Source of the DNA: Escherichia coli
Lineage (GTDB): Bacteria; Pseudomonadota; Gammaproteobacteria; Enterobacterales; Enterobacteriaceae
Reading direction: 5' to 3' (one strand)
Length of the DNA stretch: 64,000 bases
Assembly: GCF_003790525.1 (NCBI RefSeq)
Contig: NZ_CP033635.1
The notes below the pieces were generated by a model. That model was given only the letters and a program-made list of their open reading frames with translations, did not search any database and had not been told where the DNA came from. This document shows, one piece after another, positions 1-11,394 of this stretch; within the stretch, counting starts at the first letter, position 1; the number at the start of each line of letters is the position of its first letter. The position numbers and the translations under genes are program-made.

Positions 1-1223
1 GCATAAACGGCGGCAACTCAGGTGTACGCGAAGGTAGCTGGGATCTGGGAGTAGAATGGTTCCCGATGCTCGAGAATCCTGTTAAAACGCAGATTTCCGT
101 CTTTACATGGACAGATGCCATCGACCATGGTACGGAAATGACCGCGACCCGTGATGGTGTTCGTGGAAAAGAAAAACTGGATGTCCCCATCAAGTTTTTA
201 TGGTGCTACGCCAGTAACACATTGATCAATCAACATGGCGACATCAATCACACCCATGAGGTGCTTCAGGATGACAGCAAGTGCGAGATGATTGTTGGCA
301 TTGACCACTTCATGACTGCCTCGGCTAAGTATTGCGATATCCTGTTGCCCGACCTGATGCCAACAGAGCAAGAAGACCTTATCTCTCACGAATCTGCCGG
401 GAATATGGGCTATGTGATCCTCGCCCAACCCGCAACCTCAGCAAAATTTGAACGCAAACCCATCTACTGGATTCTGAGTGAAGTTGCCAAACGCTTAGGA
501 CCAGACGTTTATCAAACCTTTACTGAAGGTCGCAGTCAGCATGAATGGATCAAATATCTCCATGCGAAAACGAAGGAACGTAACCCTGAGATGCCCGACT
601 ACGAGGAGATGAAAACGACCGGGATCTTTAAGAAAAAATGCCCGGAAGAACACTACGTCGCTTTCCGCGCATTCCGTGAAGATCCACAGGCAAACCCGTT
701 GAAAACACCTTCGGGGAAAATCGAAATTTATTCTGAACGACTGGCGACGATTGCGGATACCTGGGAATTGAAAAAAGATGAAATTATTCATCCCCTTCCT
801 GCATATACCCCAGGTTTTGATGGCTGGGACGATCCCCTGCGGAAAACCTATCCACTGCAGCTAACGGGCTTCCACTACAAAGCACGTACCCACTCCAGCT
901 ACGGCAATATTGATGTGTTACAGCAGGCCTGCCCACAAGAGGTGTGGATCAACCCCATTGATGCTCAGGCACGCGGTATCCGTCATGGCGATACCGTGCG
1001 GGTATTTAACACTAATGGAGAAATGCTGATTGCCGCAAAAGTGACTCCGCGTATTCTGCCTGGCGTTACCGCCATCGGGCAAGGTGCGTGGCTTAAAGCG
1101 GATATGTTTGGTGACCGGGTCGATCACGGCGGCAGTATCAATATTCTGACCTCTCACCGCCCTTCACCGCTGGCAAAGGGAAACCCGTCGCACAGCAATC
1201 TAGTCCAGATCGAAAAGGTTTAA
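1..1223 (+). CDS. ynfF: C-terminal ~385 aa of a DMSO-reductase-family molybdopterin oxidoreductase catalytic subunit (5' end lies outside the window)
   Basis: The ORF runs from the window edge to 1223. The downstream ynfG-ynfH-dmsD context and DmsA-family C-terminal residues match E. coli ynfF. Confidence 0.8.
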   Translation, partial: INGGNSGVREGSWDLGVEWFPMLENPVKTQISVFTWTDAIDHGTEMTATRDGVRGKEKLDVPIKFLWCYASNTLINQHGDINHTHEVLQDDSKCEMIVGIDHFMTASAKYCDILLPDLMPTEQEDLISHESAGNMGYVILAQPATSAKFERKPIYWILSEVAKRLGPDVYQTFTEGRSQHEWIKYLHAKTKERNPEMPDYEEMKTTGIFKKKCPEEHYVAFRAFREDPQANPLKTPSGKIEIYSERLATIADTWELKKDEIIHPLPAYTPGFDGWDDPLRKTYPLQLTGFHYKARTHSSYGNIDVLQQACPQEVWINPIDAQARGIRHGDTVRVFNTNGEMLIAAKVTPRILPGVTAIGQGAWLKADMFGDRVDHGGSINILTSHRPSPLAKGNPSHSNLVQIEKV

Positions 1224-1233
1224 GGAGTAGCCC

Positions 1234-1851
1234 ATGACCACACAATATGGATTTTTTATCGATTCCAGCCGCTGTACTGGCTGTAAAACCTGCGAACTGG
1301 CGTGCAAAGATTTTAAAGATCTTGGCCCGGAAGTCAGTTTCCGCCGTATTTATGAATATGCTGGCGGCGACTGGCAGGAAGATAATGGCGTCTGGCACCA
1401 GAACGTGTTCGCTTATTATCTCTCCATCTCCTGTAACCATTGCGATGACCCCGCATGTACAAAAGTCTGCCCCAGCGGCGCAATGCATAAGCGTGAAGAT
1501 GGCTTTGTGGTGGTTGATGAAGATGTTTGTATCGGCTGCCGCTACTGCCACATGGCTTGTCCGTACGGCGCACCACAGTACAATGCTGAAAAAGGGCACA
1601 TGACGAAGTGCGATGGTTGTTATTCGCGCGTCGCCGAGGGGAAACAACCCATATGTGTCGAATCCTGCCCGCTGCGTGCACTTGAATTCGGTCCAATTGA
1701 AGAGCTGCGCCAGAAGCACGGCACTCTGGCTGCCGTTGCGCCACTGCCGCGCGCGCATTTCACAAAACCCAATATCGTTATCAAACCTAACGCCAACAGC
1801 CGCCCGACCGGCGATACCACTGGTTATCTGGCTAATCCGGAGGAAGTGTAA
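1234..1851 (+). CDS. ynfG: DMSO-reductase-paralogue 4Fe-4S ferredoxin (DmsB-like) subunit, 205 aa
   Basis: N-terminus MTTQYGFFIDSSRCTGCKTCELACKDF. Four Cys-cluster motifs (CxxCxxCxxxCP). Sits directly after ynfF. Confidence 0.9.
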   Translation: MTTQYGFFIDSSRCTGCKTCELACKDFKDLGPEVSFRRIYEYAGGDWQEDNGVWHQNVFAYYLSISCNHCDDPACTKVCPSGAMHKREDGFVVVDEDVCIGCRYCHMACPYGAPQYNAEKGHMTKCDGCYSRVAEGKQPICVESCPLRALEFGPIEELRQKHGTLAAVAPLPRAHFTKPNIVIKPNANSRPTGDTTGYLANPEEV

Positions 1852-1852
1852 A

Positions 1853-2707
1853 ATGGGAAATGGATGGCATGAATGGCCACTGGTTATCTTTACCGTATTG
1901 GGTCAATGCGTAGTAGGCGCGCTGATTGTTAGCGGAATTGGCTGGTTCGCCGCCAAAAATGACGCAGACCGTCAGCGTATTGTCCGTGGCATGTTTTTCC
2001 TCTGGCTGTTGATGGGCATCGGGTTTATTGCCTCTGTCATGCACCTGGGGTCGCCACTGCGGGCGTTTAACTCGCTGAATCGAATCGGAGATTCTGGTCT
2101 GAGTAACGAGATTGCTGCCGGTTCCATATTTTTTGCCGTTGGCGGATTATGGTGGCTGGTGGCAGTCATCGGTAAAATGCCGCAAGCGTTGGGGAAACTC
2201 TGGTTACTTGTCAGCATGGCGCTCGGCGTCATTTTCGTCTGGATGATGACCTGCGTGTATCAAATCGACACAGTGCCAACCTGGCATAACGGTTACACTA
2301 CGCTGGCTTTCTTCCTGACAGTATTGTTGAGCGGTCCAATACTTGCTGCCGCAATTCTGCGGGCAGCCCGCGTTACATTTAATACCACACCATTTGCCAT
2401 CATTAGCGTTCTGGCGCTGATCGCTTGTGCCGGGGTGATTGTGCTGCAAGGTTTGTCTCTGGCGTCTATTCACTCATCCGTACAACAAGCCAGCGCACTG
2501 GTACCAGATTACGCCTCCTTACAGGTCTGGCGTGTGGTATTGTTATGCGCAGGTCTAGGATGCTGGCTTTGTCCGCTCATTCGTCGCCGTGAACCTCACG
2601 TTGCCGGACTTGTTCTGGGGTTAATCCTCATTCTTGGCGGTGAAATGATCGGGCGTGTGCTCTTTTATGGCCTGCACATGACGGTAGGAATGGCTATTGC
2701 AGGTTAA
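1853..2707 (+). CDS. ynfH: DmsC-like membrane anchor subunit, 284 aa
   Basis: The internal ATG at 1853 (MGNGWHEWPLVIF...) directly follows the ynfG stop. Hydrophobic polytopic protein. The ORF-track start at 1613 overlaps ynfG and is rejected. Confidence 0.85.
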   Translation: MGNGWHEWPLVIFTVLGQCVVGALIVSGIGWFAAKNDADRQRIVRGMFFLWLLMGIGFIASVMHLGSPLRAFNSLNRIGDSGLSNEIAAGSIFFAVGGLWWLVAVIGKMPQALGKLWLLVSMALGVIFVWMMTCVYQIDTVPTWHNGYTTLAFFLTVLLSGPILAAAILRAARVTFNTTPFAIISVLALIACAGVIVLQGLSLASIHSSVQQASALVPDYASLQVWRVVLLCAGLGCWLCPLIRRREPHVAGLVLGLILILGGEMIGRVLFYGLHMTVGMAIAG

Positions 2708-2740
2708 CAAATTGGTGCGGGGCAACCCGCACATTTCAGG

Positions 2741-3364
2741 ATGTTAGGAATGACCCATTTTTCACAGCAAGATAATTTTTCTGTTGCGGCGCGCGTGTTG
2801 GGCGCGCTGTTTTATTACGCTCCAGAGAGTGCGGAAGCCGCCCCCCTGGTTGCGGCACTCACCCGTGACGGCTGGGAAACTCAGTGGCCTCTACCAGAAG
2901 AGTCATTAGCGCCGCTGGTGACTGCTTTTCAGACACAGAGTGAAGAGACTCACGCCCAGGCTTGGCAGCGTTTGTTTGTCGGCCCGTGGGCACTGCCGTC
3001 ACCGCCGTGGGGATCGGTCTGGCTGGATCGCGAATCTGTGCTGTTTGGCGATTCAACATTGGCACTTCGTCAGTGGATGCGCGAGAAAGGCATTCAGTTT
3101 GAAATGCAGCAAAACGAACCGGAAGATCATTTTGGTTCACTGCTGTTGATGGCTGCGTGGTTGGCGGAGAATGGTCGCCAGACAGAATGCGAAGAATTGC
3201 TGGCATGGCACCTTTTTCCGTGGTCAACACGTTTTCTTGACGTTTTTATCGAAAAAGCAGAACACCCTTTCTACTGTGCACTGGGTGAACTGGCTCGCTT
3301 AACGCTGGCGCAATGGCAATCACAACTGTTGATTCCTGTCGCGGTTAAACCACTCTTTCGATAG
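2741..3364 (+). CDS. dmsD: Tat proofreading chaperone for DMSO reductase (TorD family)
   Basis: Product MTHFSQQDNFSVAARVLGALFYYAPES... The K-12 start is probably the second Met, at 2750. Confidence 0.85.
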   Translation: MLGMTHFSQQDNFSVAARVLGALFYYAPESAEAAPLVAALTRDGWETQWPLPEESLAPLVTAFQTQSEETHAQAWQRLFVGPWALPSPPWGSVWLDRESVLFGDSTLALRQWMREKGIQFEMQQNEPEDHFGSLLLMAAWLAENGRQTECEELLAWHLFPWSTRFLDVFIEKAEHPFYCALGELARLTLAQWQSQLLIPVAVKPLFR

Positions 3365-3558
3365 GATCACCGTAATATTGCCGGATGGTGACGATTACGC
3401 GCGATTCGGCAATAATACGTTACAGTGTCACGTTTTTTTATCTCTTAAAGCACGCACTGCTTTTGCGGCTGGCCTCTTTTGCCGCAAAATAGTCGCCCGT
3501 GTTTCATTGCCCATTTCTGCTCATGCATCATCTACACATCTATCCGGATCTGAGCACT

Positions 3559-4815
3559 ATGTTCCGCCGTCTGCTTATCGCAACAGTCGTCGGTATTCTT
3601 GCGGCCTTTGCCGTTGCCGGGTTTCGTCATGCAATGCTGCTACTGGAGTGGTTGTTCCTCAATAATGACTCCGGCAGTCTGGTCAATGCAGCGACAAATC
3701 TTTCCCCATGGCGACGGTTGCTAACTCCGGCGCTCGGCGGACTGGCGGCGGGTTTGTTGCTGATGGGCTGGCAGAAATTTACCCAGCAACGCCCTCATGC
3801 GCCGACCGATTACATGGAAGCGTTGCAAACCGATGGTCAGTTCGATTACGCAGCAAGCCTGGTTAAATCGCTTGCCTCTCTGCTGGTAGTAACCAGCGGC
3901 AGTGCAATTGGTCGCGAAGGTGCGATGATTCTTTTAGCTGCCCTTGCCGCCTCCTGTTTTGCCCAACGTTTTACGCCACGCCAGGAGTGGAAATTATGGA
4001 TCGCCTGTGGAGCTGCGGCGGGAATGGCTGCGGCCTATCGAGCCCCGCTTGCTGGCAGTTTATTTATAGCCGAAGTGCTGTTTGGCACTATGATGTTGGC
4101 CTCTCTCGGCCCGGTGATTATTTCCGCCGTCGTGGCGTTGCTGGTTAGCAATCTGATTAATCATAGCGACGCGTTACTCTACAGCGTACAACTCTCAGTG
4201 ACGGTTCAGGCTCGTGACTATGCGCTGATTATCAGTACAGGTGTGCTGGCAGGTCTGTGCGGACCACTGTTGTTAACGTTAATGAACGCCTGTCATCGTG
4301 GATTTGTAAGTCTCAAACTTGCGCCGCCCTGGCAACTGGCACTGGGCGGGTTGATCGTGGGTCTGCTTTCCCTGTTCACACCTGCAGTGTGGGGCAACGG
4401 CTATAGCACCGTACAATCCTTTTTAACCGCCCCGCCACTGTTAATGATCATTGCCGGGATCTTCCTCTGTAAACTGTTTGCCGTGCTGGCGAGTAGTGGT
4501 TCTGGCGCGCCCGGTGGTGTCTTTACACCGACGCTATTTATCGGTCTTGCCATTGGCATGTTGTATGGTCGTAGCCTGGGATTATGGTTCCCTGATGGCG
4601 AAGAAATTACGCTTTTACTCGGATTGACCGGGATGGCGACACTATTGGCGGCAACCACGCACGCGCCGATTATGTCGACGTTGATGATATGTGAAATGAC
4701 CGGGGAGTATCAGCTACTCCCCGGTTTATTGATTGCCTGCGTAATTGCGTCGGTAATTTCGCGGACGTTACACCGTGACTCTATCTACCGCCAGCACACT
4801 GCGAAGCATAGCTAA
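3559..4815 (+). CDS. clcB: ClC-family voltage-gated chloride channel, 418 aa
   Basis: [26 protein letters not shown]... with GSGIP/GREG-type ClC motifs ([11 protein letters not shown]). The ORF-track start at 3499 is an upstream in-frame extension. Confidence 0.85.
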   Translation: MFRRLLIATVVGILAAFAVAGFRHAMLLLEWLFLNNDSGSLVNAATNLSPWRRLLTPALGGLAAGLLLMGWQKFTQQRPHAPTDYMEALQTDGQFDYAASLVKSLASLLVVTSGSAIGREGAMILLAALAASCFAQRFTPRQEWKLWIACGAAAGMAAAYRAPLAGSLFIAEVLFGTMMLASLGPVIISAVVALLVSNLINHSDALLYSVQLSVTVQARDYALIISTGVLAGLCGPLLLTLMNACHRGFVSLKLAPPWQLALGGLIVGLLSLFTPAVWGNGYSTVQSFLTAPPLLMIIAGIFLCKLFAVLASSGSGAPGGVFTPTLFIGLAIGMLYGRSLGLWFPDGEEITLLLGLTGMATLLAATTHAPIMSTLMICEMTGEYQLLPGLLIACVIASVISRTLHRDSIYRQHTAKHS

Positions 4816-5463
4816 GCGGATGTATTGCCCCAGTTCACGCTGTTCGGCGCGCGGCAGATAAGGCAGTTCACCAATGAGCGGTGCCGGAAGTTTTTTACCG
4901 AGCACATCAATGATTTCCGCATAATGCGCAAGTCCTGGGTTGATTCGGTTAGCCACCCAGCCAATGAGCGGCAGCCCGTCGTTGGCAATCGCCTGAGCTG
5001 TTAGCAGTGCATGGTTAATGCAACCTTCCTGAATACCGACAACCATCAACACCGGCAGTTGTTCCTGCACCACCCATTCAGAGAGCGGACGCAAATCATT
5101 CATCAGACTGCGCCAGCCGCCAGTCCCTTCTACCACGACATGATCGACTTTATCGGTCAGGTTTGCCAGGCCGTTTGAAATGAGGGTGTAATTGATTGGG
5201 CAACTGTGCGCCACGCTACTTTCTTCTTCGCTTAACGCGATAGGATTAACTGCTTCATAAGGCAGTTCGATGGTTGAAACACTCTGCAACACCAGGGCAT
5301 CTTTATTACGCAGCCCTTCGGGTGTCTCTTTGCTCCCCTTCGCTACGGGTTTATATCCCGCAACCGTTTTTCCCTGGGAGGCTAACGCTTGTAGCAATGC
5401 GCGGGAAACCACCGTTTTCCCTACAGAAGTGTCTGTACCGGTAATAAAGAAACGCTTCAGCAT
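4768..5463 (-). CDS. ynfK: Dethiobiotin synthetase paralogue (BioD2), 231 aa
   Basis: [28 protein letters not shown]-loop. 3' end convergently overlaps clcB by 48 bp. Confidence 0.85.
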   Translation of the reverse strand: MLKRFFITGTDTSVGKTVVSRALLQALASQGKTVAGYKPVAKGSKETPEGLRNKDALVLQSVSTIELPYEAVNPIALSEEESSVAHSCPINYTLISNGLANLTDKVDHVVVEGTGGWRSLMNDLRPLSEWVVQEQLPVLMVVGIQEGCINHALLTAQAIANDGLPLIGWVANRINPGLAHYAEIIDVLGKKLPAPLIGELPYLPRAEQRELGQYIRLAMLRSVLAVDRVTV

Positions 5464-5587
5464 CACTAACTCCACCGTTATGCTTCACAAATATAAACCA
5501 GGAAAATAATTAACCTTGAAAGTCTAAGTTATGCTTTCCTGGCCCAAATTGAGATAGCGCAAATTTTGGTAGAACAGTTAAAAAATG

Positions 5588-6808
5588 TTAACCCTGCAAC
5601 AGACGAATCAACAAAGAACCGTTATACATCGCGTCTTTTACTAGCGCAGCCCCTGCCATCGTACCCTGGTTAGAAAATTGAGTACTCTCAACGCTAATGT
5701 GCTGACTATACGCAGGAAGGGCCTGCTGACGGATGCTGTCCGAGATGACCGGGAAGAGGATATCTGCCGCTTTACTTAACGGTGAGCCAATCAGTATTTT
5801 TTGTGGGTTAAATAAATTCACCATGATGGCAAGAATGCGCCCGACATGCGCGCCCACCCCGGTAATGATGTCTTTTGCCAGTAGATCGCCGCGCAATGCC
5901 GCCTGACACAATGAGTCCACGGTTAACGGCTGTCCATGTAACATCGAGCTCATGGATTGATTGAGACGCAGCTGTGCCAGCTCAAGAATACTGTCCACAC
6001 TGGCGATGGTTTCGAGGCAGCCGTGATTCCCGCAATAACAGCGTTTCCCATACGGGTCGACCTGCGTGTGACCTATTTCCACGAGGCTACTGCTGCCGGC
6101 GTGTAGCAGATGACCATCGGTAATGACGCCCGCCCCCACGTTGTGATCGATAACCACCTGAATCACATCGCGCGCCCCGCGTGAGGCACCAAACAAGGCC
6201 TCTGCCATCGTCCATGCGCTGATATCATGCTGGATATAAACCGGTACGCCGGTATGCTGCTCCAGCGCCTCGCCGAGCGGCATCTCTTTTACATCCTCGT
6301 AGAACGGCATGCGATGTACAATGCCATTTTCCGTATCAATAATTCCCGGCAAGGTTATGGCAATCGAAGTTAGACGCTCAAGTTTTTTCTGGTGGCGGAT
6401 AAAAAACTGATCGATATGGGAAATGATACGATCCAGCAATGGTGAGTCATCTTTTAACGCCAGTTCCTGCGCCTCCTCCACCACCAGTTTGCTGCTCAGA
6501 TCGCGCAGAGCAAGGAAAATCTCCCCGCGACTAATGCGCAGAGAAAGATAGTGCCAGGCTTCAGTTTCAACCACCAGCCCCACCGCCGGACGGCCACGGT
6601 TCCCCGCTTCTTTGATTTCCAGCTCTTGCACCAGGTGTGCTTCGAGCATCTCACGGACAATTTTAGTGATACTGGCAGGAGCCAGTTGCGCCAGACGGGA
6701 AAGATCGATACGCGAGACTGGACCAAGCTGATCAATCAGGCGATATACCGCGCCCGCGTTGGTCTGCTTTATTTGATCAATGTGCCCAGGCTGGTTTTCA
6801 GCAACCAC
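5588..6808 (-). CDS. mlc: ROK-family global sugar-metabolism repressor Mlc (DgsA), 406 aa
   Basis: MVAENQPGHIDQIKQTNAGAVYRLIDQLGPVSRIDLSRL... ROK Zn motif CYCGNHGCLE. Confidence 0.9.
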   Translation of the reverse strand: MVAENQPGHIDQIKQTNAGAVYRLIDQLGPVSRIDLSRLAQLAPASITKIVREMLEAHLVQELEIKEAGNRGRPAVGLVVETEAWHYLSLRISRGEIFLALRDLSSKLVVEEAQELALKDDSPLLDRIISHIDQFFIRHQKKLERLTSIAITLPGIIDTENGIVHRMPFYEDVKEMPLGEALEQHTGVPVYIQHDISAWTMAEALFGASRGARDVIQVVIDHNVGAGVITDGHLLHAGSSSLVEIGHTQVDPYGKRCYCGNHGCLETIASVDSILELAQLRLNQSMSSMLHGQPLTVDSLCQAALRGDLLAKDIITGVGAHVGRILAIMVNLFNPQKILIGSPLSKAADILFPVISDSIRQQALPAYSQHISVESTQFSNQGTMAGAALVKDAMYNGSLLIRLLQG

Positions 6809-6942
6809 CGCATACTCCCTATATTTTCGCGCTCCGAAATAATCTGTAGGCTATGGTGAAGCACTTCAATACGTGTCGTCAAATTTTTACTTAGGCATGT
6901 GATTAACAGCACATTTTTCGGGCTTTTTCGCTGAAATTTCCC

Positions 6943-7836
6943 TCACCTGAGAGCATTCAGCAGATGAATACGAAAGTTTCGCGCAGCTGGACTTTGTTCA
7001 TGATGTTTCGGCCAGACCAACCACATTTCAGAAACCGCATCCTCTTCAGCAATCGGCACCCAGCGCATTTCGTTGAGCTGAACACGTTTAAATGACGCAG
7101 GCAAAATTGAAACGCCCAGACCAGCGGAAACCAGACCGATGATGGTCATTGCCTCACCCACCTCCTGAGTGATGACGGGCGTCAAATGGTAACGTCGCAT
7201 CAGTCCGAGAATATCGTCATACAGCCCTGTCCCGACGTGCGGATCAAAAAAGACAAAGGGTTCTTTCGCCAGTTCAGCCAGCGTTACACTCGGGTTATTT
7301 GCCAGGGGATGATCGTGCGGGATCATCGCCATAAGCGGTTCATGGACGATGACTGCGTGTTCAAGCGTCTCCGGTAACGCTGTGTTACGCAGCAATCCCA
7401 TATCCAGCGTTCCTTCAATGAGCGGAGCGATTTGCTCGCGAGTGTTCATTTCGCGGGTTTGTAAATGGACATCGGGATAATCACGGCGAAACAGCGATAA
7501 CGTATCAGACACCGCCCGAATAAAAGGAGCGGACGAAGTAAAACCAATACGCAACTCCCCCGCTTCACCCTGATGCAGTCTTTCAGCGCGAGCGGCAGCG
7601 TCATCCACCATAGACAGGATTTGCCGACTATCTGCAAGAAACTGTTTTCCTGCTGCCGTCAGAAATACACTGCGATTGGTTCGTGCCAGCAGTCGGGCAC
7701 CAATTTGTTGCTCCAGCGCCTGAATCTGCTGGCTTAGCGGCGGTTGCGAAATATTCAGGCGGGCAGCGGCGCGCCCGAAATGCAGCTCTTCTGCAACCGC
7801 AACAAAGTAACGCAGATGACGAAGTTCAATATTCAT
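6943..7836 (-). CDS. ynfL: LysR-family transcriptional regulator, 297 aa
   Basis: MNIELRHLRYFVAVAEELHFGRAAARLNISQPPLSQQIQALE HTH. Divergent from ynfM. Confidence 0.85.
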   Translation of the reverse strand: MNIELRHLRYFVAVAEELHFGRAAARLNISQPPLSQQIQALEQQIGARLLARTNRSVFLTAAGKQFLADSRQILSMVDDAAARAERLHQGEAGELRIGFTSSAPFIRAVSDTLSLFRRDYPDVHLQTREMNTREQIAPLIEGTLDMGLLRNTALPETLEHAVIVHEPLMAMIPHDHPLANNPSVTLAELAKEPFVFFDPHVGTGLYDDILGLMRRYHLTPVITQEVGEAMTIIGLVSAGLGVSILPASFKRVQLNEMRWVPIAEEDAVSEMWLVWPKHHEQSPAARNFRIHLLNALR

Positions 7837-7942
7837 ATTTAAAACATCTTATTTGAGATTATTAATATATTAGACAGAACAATTCGATTTTCCTAATCTA
7901 TCCATAAGCCTGATCCACAGGCATATTTAGCAAGGATTTCAA

Positions 7943-9196
7943 GTGAGCCGTACTACAACTGTTGATGGCGCTCCGGCAAGCGACACTGACAAGCAAAGCA
8001 TTTCTCAGCCAAATCAATTTATTAAACGCGGTACGCCGCAATTTATGCGCGTCACCCTGGCGCTGTTCTCTGCCGGACTGGCAACCTTCGCACTTCTCTA
8101 TTGTGTGCAACCTATCCTTCCGGTGCTTTCGCAGGAGTTTGGCTTAACGCCCGCGAACAGTAGTATTTCACTGTCCATTTCCACGGCGATGTTGGCTATC
8201 GGTTTGCTGTTTACTGGCCCGTTATCCGATGCCATTGGTCGCAAACCAGTGATGGTCACGGCGCTACTGTTGGCCTCCATTTGTACGTTACTTTCGACAA
8301 TGATGACCAGCTGGCACGGCATTTTGATTATGCGCGCCTTGATTGGGCTTTCGTTAAGTGGCGTAGCAGCTGTTGGCATGACTTATCTTAGCGAGGAAAT
8401 CCACCCCAGTTTCGTGGCCTTTTCGATGGGGTTGTATATCAGCGGCAACTCAATTGGCGGCATGAGCGGACGCTTAATTAGCGGTGTCTTCACGGACTTT
8501 TTCAACTGGCGAATTGCGCTGGCGGCAATCGGTTGTGTCGCGCTGGCCTCGGCGTTAATGTTCTGGAAAATCCTCCCTGAATCACGCCATTTTCGCCCGA
8601 CTTCGCTGCGACCTAAGACGTTGTTTATCAACTTTCGTCTGCACTGGCGTGACCGGGGATTACCGTTATTGTTCGCAGAAGGCTTTTTGCTGATGGGGTC
8701 GTTCGTCACGCTGTTTAATTACATCGGCTATCGGTTGATGCTCTCCCCCTGGCATGTCAGTCAGGCTGTGGTTGGCTTATTATCGCTGGCCTATTTGACC
8801 GGTACATGGAGCTCACCCAAAGCCGGAACCATGACCACCCGCTATGGGCGCGGTCCGGTGATGTTGTTTTCGACGGGGGTTATGCTGTTTGGTTTACTGA
8901 TGACCTTATTCAGCTCGCTGTGGCTGATCTTTGCCGGAATGTTACTCTTCTCAGCCGGATTCTTCGCAGCCCACTCCGTTGCCAGCAGCTGGATCGGCCC
9001 CCGCGCAAAACGCGCTAAAGGCCAGGCCTCCTCGCTGTATCTGTTCAGTTACTATCTGGGGTCGAGTATTGCCGGGACGCTGGGTGGTGTTTTCTGGCAT
9101 AACTATGGCTGGAACGGCGTCGGCGCATTTATTGCTCTGATGCTGGTCATTGCTCTGCTGGTCGGGACGCGTTTGCATCATCGTCTGCACGCCTGA
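7943..9196 (+). CDS. ynfM: MFS transporter, 417 aa
   Basis: 12-TM hydrophobic product; K-12 synteny. Confidence 0.85.
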   Translation: MSRTTTVDGAPASDTDKQSISQPNQFIKRGTPQFMRVTLALFSAGLATFALLYCVQPILPVLSQEFGLTPANSSISLSISTAMLAIGLLFTGPLSDAIGRKPVMVTALLLASICTLLSTMMTSWHGILIMRALIGLSLSGVAAVGMTYLSEEIHPSFVAFSMGLYISGNSIGGMSGRLISGVFTDFFNWRIALAAIGCVALASALMFWKILPESRHFRPTSLRPKTLFINFRLHWRDRGLPLLFAEGFLLMGSFVTLFNYIGYRLMLSPWHVSQAVVGLLSLAYLTGTWSSPKAGTMTTRYGRGPVMLFSTGVMLFGLLMTLFSSLWLIFAGMLLFSAGFFAAHSVASSWIGPRAKRAKGQASSLYLFSYYLGSSIAGTLGGVFWHNYGWNGVGAFIALMLVIALLVGTRLHHRLHA

Positions 9197-9207
9197 AAAA
9201 ATAAGTC

Positions 9208-9240
9208 CGGACTGAGGTAAATACCCGTCCGGACTTATTG
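9208..9240 (+). terminator. Rho-independent terminator after ynfM
   Basis: Inverted repeat ATAAGTCCGGAC...GTCCGGACTTATT just after the ynfM stop. Confidence 0.5.
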
Positions 9241-9620
9241 CCTGCTCAAACCAACGTTAATAGCCATCCTAAAATAGACGAAGCGCCAGCCAATTCCCGC
9301 AGCGCATCTAGCGTCATCAGGATTATAAGTACCCAAATAAACGGATTCATTTTGCTGTGTGTCATTTATTACTGATGCGCAGTTATTCTACCGCTTTGTG
9401 GGTAGTAAAATAGTTAACCCGATCAAGACTACTATTATTGGTAGCTAAATTTCCCTTAAGTCACAATACGTTATTATCAACGCTGTAATTTATTCAGCGT
9501 TTGTACATATCGTTACACGCTGAAACCAACCACTCACGGAAGTCTGCCATTCCCAGGGATATAGTTATTTCAACGGCCCCGCAGTGGGGTTAAATGAAAA
9601 AACAAATTGAGGGTATGACA

Positions 9621-9929
9621 ATGAAAAAAGTATTAGCTCTGGTTGTTGCCGCTGCTATGGGTCTGTCTTCTGCCGCCTTTGCTGCAGAAACTGCGACCAC
9701 ACCTGCTCCGACTGCGACGACCACCAAAGCAGCGCCGGCGAAAACTACACATCATAAAAAACAGCATAAAGCAGCACCTGCCCAGAAAGCGCAGGCGGCT
9801 AAAAAGCATCATAAAAATGCGAAAGCTGAACAGAAAGCTCCTGAACAAAAAGCGCAGGCAGCGAAGAAACACGCCAAGAAACACAGCCATCAGCAACCGG
9901 CAAAACCTGCTGCACAACCCGCAGCGTAA
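9621..9929 (+). CDS. asr: Acid shock periplasmic protein, Lys/His/Ala-rich, 102 aa
   Basis: [30 protein letters not shown]... repetitive [12 protein letters not shown] composition. The ORF-track start at 9594 is an upstream extension. Confidence 0.85.
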   Translation: MKKVLALVVAAAMGLSSAAFAAETATTPAPTATTTKAAPAKTTHHKKQHKAAPAQKAQAAKKHHKNAKAEQKAPEQKAQAAKKHAKKHSHQQPAKPAAQPAA

Positions 9930-10021
9930 GTTTTCAACAGTAATGCTGGCGCGCCCCCTCGCGCCTGAAAATTACGGTGCTAAGCGGTTAACGTTTAGCA
10001 CCGCCTTTAGCGGAGGGTAGT

Positions 10022-10105
10022 ATGGTGGGCCGTTATCGCTTTGAGTTCATTCTTATCATCCTTATTTTATGCGCACTGATTGCCGCCCGTTTTTATCTTT
10101 CCTGA
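10022..10105 (+). CDS. ydgU: Small hydrophobic protein, 27 aa
   Basis: ATG at 10022 gives MVGRYRFEFILIILILCALIAARFYLS*. Matches the K-12 small protein between asr and ydgD. Confidence 0.6.
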   Translation: MVGRYRFEFILIILILCALIAARFYLS

Positions 10106-10204
10106 TCGTAGTTATCTGATTTTACTCCCACTTTCATCCCGTCCCGTCTATAGTATTTATGAGGGTTTGCTTTTAATAATCATAATTACCCACCAGAGTG
10201 TGAT

Positions 10205-11026
10205 ATGCGTACAACCATTGCTGTAGTGTTGGGTGCAATTAGTTTGACGTCTGCTTTTGTGTTTGCAGATAAACCAGACGTTGCCAAATCGGCAAACGAT
10301 GAGGTCAGCACCCTGTTTTTTGGTCATGATGATCGTGTGCCAGTAAATGACACGACCCAATCACCGTGGGATGCGGTTGGGCAACTGGAAACGGCCAGCG
10401 GCAATTTATGTACGGCTACGCTGATTGCACCCAATCTGGCATTAACGGCAGGACACTGTTTATTGACGCCGCCAAAGGGTAAAGCCGATAAAGCGGTAGC
10501 GCTGCGTTTCGTGTCAAATAAAGGTCTTTGGCGCTATGAGATCCACGACATAGAAGGCCGCGTTGACCCGACACTAGGAAAGCGGTTAAAAGCAGATGGG
10601 GATGGCTGGATTGTACCTCCCGCAGCTGCGCCGTGGGACTTCGGTTTGATTGTGCTACGTAATCCCCCTTCTGGCATTACACCGTTGCCGTTATTTGAGG
10701 GAGATAAAGCCGCGCTTACCGCCGCATTAAAAGCAGCTGGTCGTAAAGTGACTCAGGCGGGCTACCCTGAAGATCATCTCGATACGTTGTACAGTCATCA
10801 AAACTGTGAAGTGACTGGCTGGGCGCAAACGTCGGTGATGTCGCATCAGTGCGATACCTTGCCGGGAGACAGCGGTTCGCCTCTGATGTTGCATACCGAT
10901 GACGGCTGGCAATTAATTGGGGTACAAAGCTCGGCTCCTGCCGCGAAAGATCGCTGGCGCGCCGATAACCGGGCCATTTCTGTTACCGGTATTCGCGACA
11001 AGCTGGATCAACTGTCGCAAAAATAA
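10205..11026 (+). CDS. ydgD: Trypsin-like (S1) serine peptidase with signal peptide, 273 aa
   Basis: TAGHC catalytic-His motif and GDSGSPL catalytic-Ser motif. Confidence 0.85.
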   Translation: MRTTIAVVLGAISLTSAFVFADKPDVAKSANDEVSTLFFGHDDRVPVNDTTQSPWDAVGQLETASGNLCTATLIAPNLALTAGHCLLTPPKGKADKAVALRFVSNKGLWRYEIHDIEGRVDPTLGKRLKADGDGWIVPPAAAPWDFGLIVLRNPPSGITPLPLFEGDKAALTAALKAAGRKVTQAGYPEDHLDTLYSHQNCEVTGWAQTSVMSHQCDTLPGDSGSPLMLHTDDGWQLIGVQSSAPAAKDRWRADNRAISVTGIRDKLDQLSQK

Positions 11027-11064
11027 TGTTCAAACGCTGCCCGACAGTGCGGGCAGCGTGTTCA

Positions 11065-11394
11065 TCAGGCAAGTTTCACCATGATCATTCCAGCCAACAG
11101 CAAGACCAGGCCAATCCAGCCTTTACGATTTAACCGTTGACCAAACAAGATCCAACCTGCGGCTAACGTGGCGGCAATACCAAACCCGCCCCACAATGCA
11201 TAAGCGACAGACAAGTCGATCCCTTTAACGGCCTGAGAAAGCGCACTAAAGGCAGCCAGCACCGCCGCCAGGGAGAGCAAGCCAAATATTTTGCGACGAA
11301 AGCCGTCAGAAAATTTCAAAAAGACGTTAGCAACGATTTCCAGCACGATTGCCAATGCCAGCCAGGCGGCGTGAACCCATTCAAACTGCGCCAT
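11065..11394 (-). CDS. mdtI: SMR-family spermidine exporter subunit, 109 aa
   Basis: [35 protein letters not shown]... 4-TM. Confidence 0.85.

Noticed and set aside
1613-1852. 5' extension of the ynfH ORF overlapping ynfG (ORF-track 1613..2707)
   Set aside because: The extension lies wholly inside ynfG in another frame. The ATG at 1853, right after the ynfG stop, reproduces the known YnfH N-terminus.
9633-10020. Antisense and alternative-frame ORFs (94 and 125 aa) overlapping asr
   Set aside because: Low-complexity products (R/K/L/F runs) generated by reading the repetitive Lys/Ala/His codons of asr in other frames. The real gene is asr.
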